A DNA stretch of 64,000 nt from an uncultured delta proteobacterium (GTDB taxonomy: Bacteria > Myxococcota_A > Polyangia > Palsa-1104). Both the position numbers and the translations under genes were made by a program. Shown one piece after another: positions 58,713 to 64,000 of this stretch. The stretch spans positions 320,001 to 384,000 of the forward strand of contig CAWAWS010000039.1 of the NCBI GenBank assembly GCA_963785725.1. Reading direction: 5' to 3'. The notes under the pieces were generated by a model. That model saw only the letters and a program-made list of their open reading frames with translations. It was not told the origin of the DNA and made no database searches. Each line of letters begins with the position of its first letter. Position 1 is the first letter of the stretch.

Positions 58713-59795
58713 ATGCGAACCGAGATTTTGCTGGTCGCGCTGCTCGCTGGCTCCGTCGTCTTTGGCGGCTGCAAGCACCACAACGCGAGCGGCTACGACG
58801 GCGGCACCATCGGAGACGGCGGCACCGTCATCCACATCGGCGACGGCGGCAACGGCGGCCTGACCGCGGCCTGCGTGTCCTCGGCGGCGGCGGTGCAAGC
58901 GCTCGGCGCCGACGTGCTCTTCCTGCTCGATACGTCCTATTCGATGGACTACAACCTGAAGTGGACCTCGATCTCGCAAGCGCTGGAGCAGTTCGTCCAA
59001 GATCCGCGCTTCACCGGCTTGGGCGCGGGCATCCAATATTTCCCGCTGCGCGAGACCTGTGACGAGCCGTCGTACGCGATGCCGGCGGTGCCCGTCGACG
59101 TGTTGCCGGCGGCGTCGTCGACGCTGATTACGTCGATCGAGTCCAAGCGCATGGCCGGCGGCACACCGACGGCGCCGGCCATGCAAGGCGTGCTCGCCTA
59201 CGAGACCGCGCGCGCCGCCGCCAACCCCACGCGCAAGCAGGTCGTCGTCATGGCCACCGACGGCGTGCCCGACGACAGCTGCACCGTCGAAGGCGACATG
59301 GGCACGCCCAACACGATCGACGAGGTCGTCTCGCTCGTGACCGCGGCGCAGCAGGCGAGCCCCAACGTCGTCACGTTCGTCATCGGCGTCGGCAGCGAAT
59401 TGACCGCGCTCAACGCCATCGCCGCGGCCGGCGGCGGCACGCCGACGGCGCTGCTCGTCGACACCACGCAAGACATCACCACCGAGTTCTCGTCCGCGCT
59501 CGATCAGATCCGCAAATTGGCCTTCGCCTGCGAGTTCGCCGTGCCGCTGCCGCCCGCCGGCCTCTTGATCGACCCGACGCACGTCAACGTCACCTTCACG
59601 ACGTCGTCGACGGTCAACTTCGTCTACGTCGGCAGCTTGGCCGGCTGCAGCGCCAACCTCGACAACGGCTGGTATTACGACGACCCGAAGAAGCCGACCA
59701 AGGTCATCTTGTGCGACGGCGCCTGCAACGCCGTGCGCGGCTCGTCCAACGGCGAGGTCGACGTCATCTACGGCTGCGAGACGCTGATCCAATGA
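58713..59795 (+). CDS. vWA-domain lipoprotein 1
   Basis: Lipobox FGGC; MIDAS DTSYS, GTPT, TDG; C-terminal Cys-containing beta domain. Confidence 0.85.
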   Translation: MRTEILLVALLAGSVVFGGCKHHNASGYDGGTIGDGGTVIHIGDGGNGGLTAACVSSAAAVQALGADVLFLLDTSYSMDYNLKWTSISQALEQFVQDPRFTGLGAGIQYFPLRETCDEPSYAMPAVPVDVLPAASSTLITSIESKRMAGGTPTAPAMQGVLAYETARAAANPTRKQVVVMATDGVPDDSCTVEGDMGTPNTIDEVVSLVTAAQQASPNVVTFVIGVGSELTALNAIAAAGGGTPTALLVDTTQDITTEFSSALDQIRKLAFACEFAVPLPPAGLLIDPTHVNVTFTTSSTVNFVYVGSLAGCSANLDNGWYYDDPKKPTKVILCDGACNAVRGSSNGEVDVIYGCETLIQ

Positions 59796-60823
59796 AGCAG
59801 CGGTTGCTCGTGTCGCTGCTGGCGCTGGCCGGCTGTCACCACAGTCACGCGACGAAAGCAGCCGACGCCGGCTTCGACAGCGACGGCGGCTTCGCGTCGA
59901 CCACGTTCGATCTCGGCTGCGCGTCGTCGACGGCCAAGGCGCAGCTGGTGCCGGTGCAGCTCGTCGTCCTGCTCGACCGTTCGGGCTCGATGGGCGACGG
60001 CGTCAACGGCGACCCGACGCTGAAGTGGGATCCGGTCACCGCCGGGCTGGACGCGTTCTTCGCCGATCCCGCGTCGGCCGGTGTGAGCGCGTCGCTGCAT
60101 CTGTTTCCATCGATCAACGACGAGTGCAATCCCGACGCCTATTACACGCCGGTCGTGCCCATGTCGCCGCTGCCCGACGCGACGACGTATGCTGCCGCCA
60201 TCAGCGCCGCCGGCGCGCCGGCCGGCGACACGCCGACGCTGCCGACCGTCTCGGGCGCGATCTCGTACGCGCAGGACTCGGCGACGGCGGGCGCGCGCAG
60301 CGCCATCGTCCTCGTCACCGACGGCGATCCCGACGCCTGCGACTCGTCCGTCTCCAACGTGTCGTTCGAGGTCGCGAAGGCGGCGGCGACCATCCCGACC
60401 TACGTCATCGGCGTCGGCTCCGACCTGTCGAGCCTCGACATGATCGCGCAGTCGGGCGGCACGACGGCGCCGACGCTCGTCTCGGTCGGCGACGCCGACC
60501 AGACCAAGAGCGACTTCTTGACCGCGCTCGAGCAGATTCGCGGGCTGGTCTTGAGCTGCGACTTCGCGATCCCGTCGCCGCCGGCCGGCCAGACGCTCGA
60601 CTACAAGAGCGTCAACGTGCTGTTCACGCCGTCGAGCGGCGCCGCCGAGCAGCTCTTGTACGACAGCGCCTGCTCGACCGGTGTCGGCTGGCGCTACGAC
60701 GACCCGACGGCGCCGACCAAGATCGAGCTCTGCCCCGGCAGCTGCACCGACGTCAGGCAGGACCACGGCGGCCGCATGGACGTCATCTTCGGCTGCGCCA
60801 CGAGCGGCAATCTGATCTCCTAG
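59792..60823 (+). CDS. vWA-domain lipoprotein 2 (paralogue)
   Basis: Lipobox LAGC; MIDAS DRSGS, DTPT, TDG; same C-terminal domain. Confidence 0.85.
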   Translation: MKQRLLVSLLALAGCHHSHATKAADAGFDSDGGFASTTFDLGCASSTAKAQLVPVQLVVLLDRSGSMGDGVNGDPTLKWDPVTAGLDAFFADPASAGVSASLHLFPSINDECNPDAYYTPVVPMSPLPDATTYAAAISAAGAPAGDTPTLPTVSGAISYAQDSATAGARSAIVLVTDGDPDACDSSVSNVSFEVAKAAATIPTYVIGVGSDLSSLDMIAQSGGTTAPTLVSVGDADQTKSDFLTALEQIRGLVLSCDFAIPSPPAGQTLDYKSVNVLFTPSSGAAEQLLYDSACSTGVGWRYDDPTAPTKIELCPGSCTDVRQDHGGRMDVIFGCATSGNLIS

Positions 60824-60828
60824 CGCGA

Positions 60829-62414
60829 CTAAGCTTTCGCGCGGGCCAACGCCGTGTCGATGCGCTTGAGGCAGCGCTCGCGTCCGAGCAGCGCCAAGCA
60901 CTCGAACAGCCCCGGCCCGCCGGCTGCGCCCGTCGTCGCCACGCGCACCGCGTGCACGATGTCGCCGAGCCCGAGCGACTGCTGCGCCAGCCACGCCTGC
61001 GTGCCCGCCTCCAGCGCCGCCGCCGTGAAGTCGGGCGCGTCCGCGAGCCAGCCGCGATAGGCGCTCAGCTTCTCGGCCGCGCCCGGCGCGCGCACCCGCT
61101 TGTCGAACGCCTTGTCGTCGACGCTGGCCACGTCCTCGCCGAAGAAGAACGGCGCCTGCAACAGCACGTCGCCGAACACCTTGAGACGATCGCCGATGGC
61201 CTCGACGACGCGCCCCAAATAGACGTCATCCTCGCCGTTGAGCCAACCGGCGCGCTCCAAGAACGGCCGCACGCGCCGCACCTTCTCGTCGATCGGCACC
61301 GCCTTCATGTACTGCATCTGAAACGAGTCGAGCTTGGCCGGATCGAAGCTCGCCGGCGCCACGTTGACGCGCGACAGCGAGAAGCTCTCGATCATCTCGG
61401 TGCGCGTCAGAAACTCGGTCTTGTCGTCGAGCGACCAGCCGAGCAGCACGAGATAATTGACGATCGCGTCCGGCAGATAGCCGACCTGCTCGTAGAAGTC
61501 GACGACGACGGGATTGAACGTCTCCTGCGTCGTCTCGAGCTTCATCGCGGCCGCGATCTGCATGCCGTGCTCGTGCACTTTCTTGAACTCGTGGTTCTTC
61601 AAGTACTGATCGAGCTTGCGCTTCGACAGCTTCTTCTTCGATCCCGGCTCGGCCACGTACGGCAAATGCGCGTACACCGGCCGCGGATACTTCAGCGCGT
61701 CGACGATGAAGACCTGTCGCGGCGTGTTCGACAGATGCTCCTCGGCGCGAATGACGTGGCTGACGCCGAAGTCGTAGTCGTCGACGACGTTGGCCAGGTG
61801 GTAAATGAAGCTGCCGTCGCCGCGCTGAATGACGTGATCGGCCTCTTGCTGCCACTGAAACTCGACGTCGCCGCGCACTTCGTCGTGCAGGACGAGCTTG
61901 CCTTCGCGCGGCATCTTCAGCCGCACGACCCAGGCGCGCCCTTCGGCGGCGAAGCGCGCGCGGTCGGCCTCGTCCTTCGCCATCCACGTGCGGCTGTATA
62001 CGAACTGGAATTTGCCGTCGGTGGCGACTTTGCGCTCGGCCTCCATCTCGTCGGCCTTCGCGTAGTCGTAATAGGCGTCGCCGCTCTCGATCAGCCGATC
62101 GACCGCCGCCTGATAACGATGCGAACGCTGCGACTGAAAGTAGGGCGCGTGCGGCCCGCCCACTTCCGGCCCTTCGTCCCACTGGATCTGCAGCCAGCGA
62201 AAGCCGTGCAGAATCGGCGCCAGCGCCGCTTCGACGTTGCGCTCGCGATCGGTGTCGTCGATGCGCAGCAGATACTTGCCGTAATGTTTGCGCGCGAAGA
62301 GCCAATTGAACAGCGCCGTGCGCACGCCGCCGATATGCAAAAAGCCCGTCGGCGACGGCGCGAACCGCGTGCGCACCACCGGCTGATTCGGCAGCACCGA
62401 AATCTTCTCGGTAT

Positions 62415-62418
<4 letters not shown>
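60829..62418 (-). CDS. gltX: Glutamate--tRNA ligase
   Basis: [24 protein letters not shown]. Confidence 0.95.

Positions 62419-64000
<1,582 letters not shown>

Overview
High-GC bacterial DNA, most consistent with Myxococcota (Polyangia-like), judged from the Cys-rich lipoproteins, vWA lipoproteins, Ser/Thr-kinase-like gene and sigma54 systems. The window holds about 60 genes and no rRNA, tRNA, CRISPR array or intact transposase. At least nine single-base insertions break otherwise intact genes, probably long-read errors. Housekeeping genes include argE with a NAGS-like gene, tcdA, tatD, MlaFED, MacAB-TolC, M3/M16/M23 peptidases, gltX and glnS. Best candidates for undescribed systems: (1) a four-gene atypical sigma54 phosphorelay (TPR kinase, odd receiver, stand-alone H-box protein, and an enhancer-binding protein with a Cys4/His2 insertion in its receiver) directly upstream of a canonical sigma54 promoter; (2) a B12 photoreceptor with a BldC/Xis-type HTH facing a photolyase operon across 9-bp operator repeats, plus a second regulator with a near-identical recognition helix that heads a TPP-enzyme/two-component cluster; (3) a PigA-like GT4, deacetylase, GT-C mannosyltransferase and radical SAM cluster beside an MCE transporter, resembling GPI-type glycolipid chemistry; (4) an outer-membrane barrel, giant Cys-rich lipoprotein and twin vWA lipoprotein surface locus. 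All calls come from reading motifs by eye; no database searches were run.
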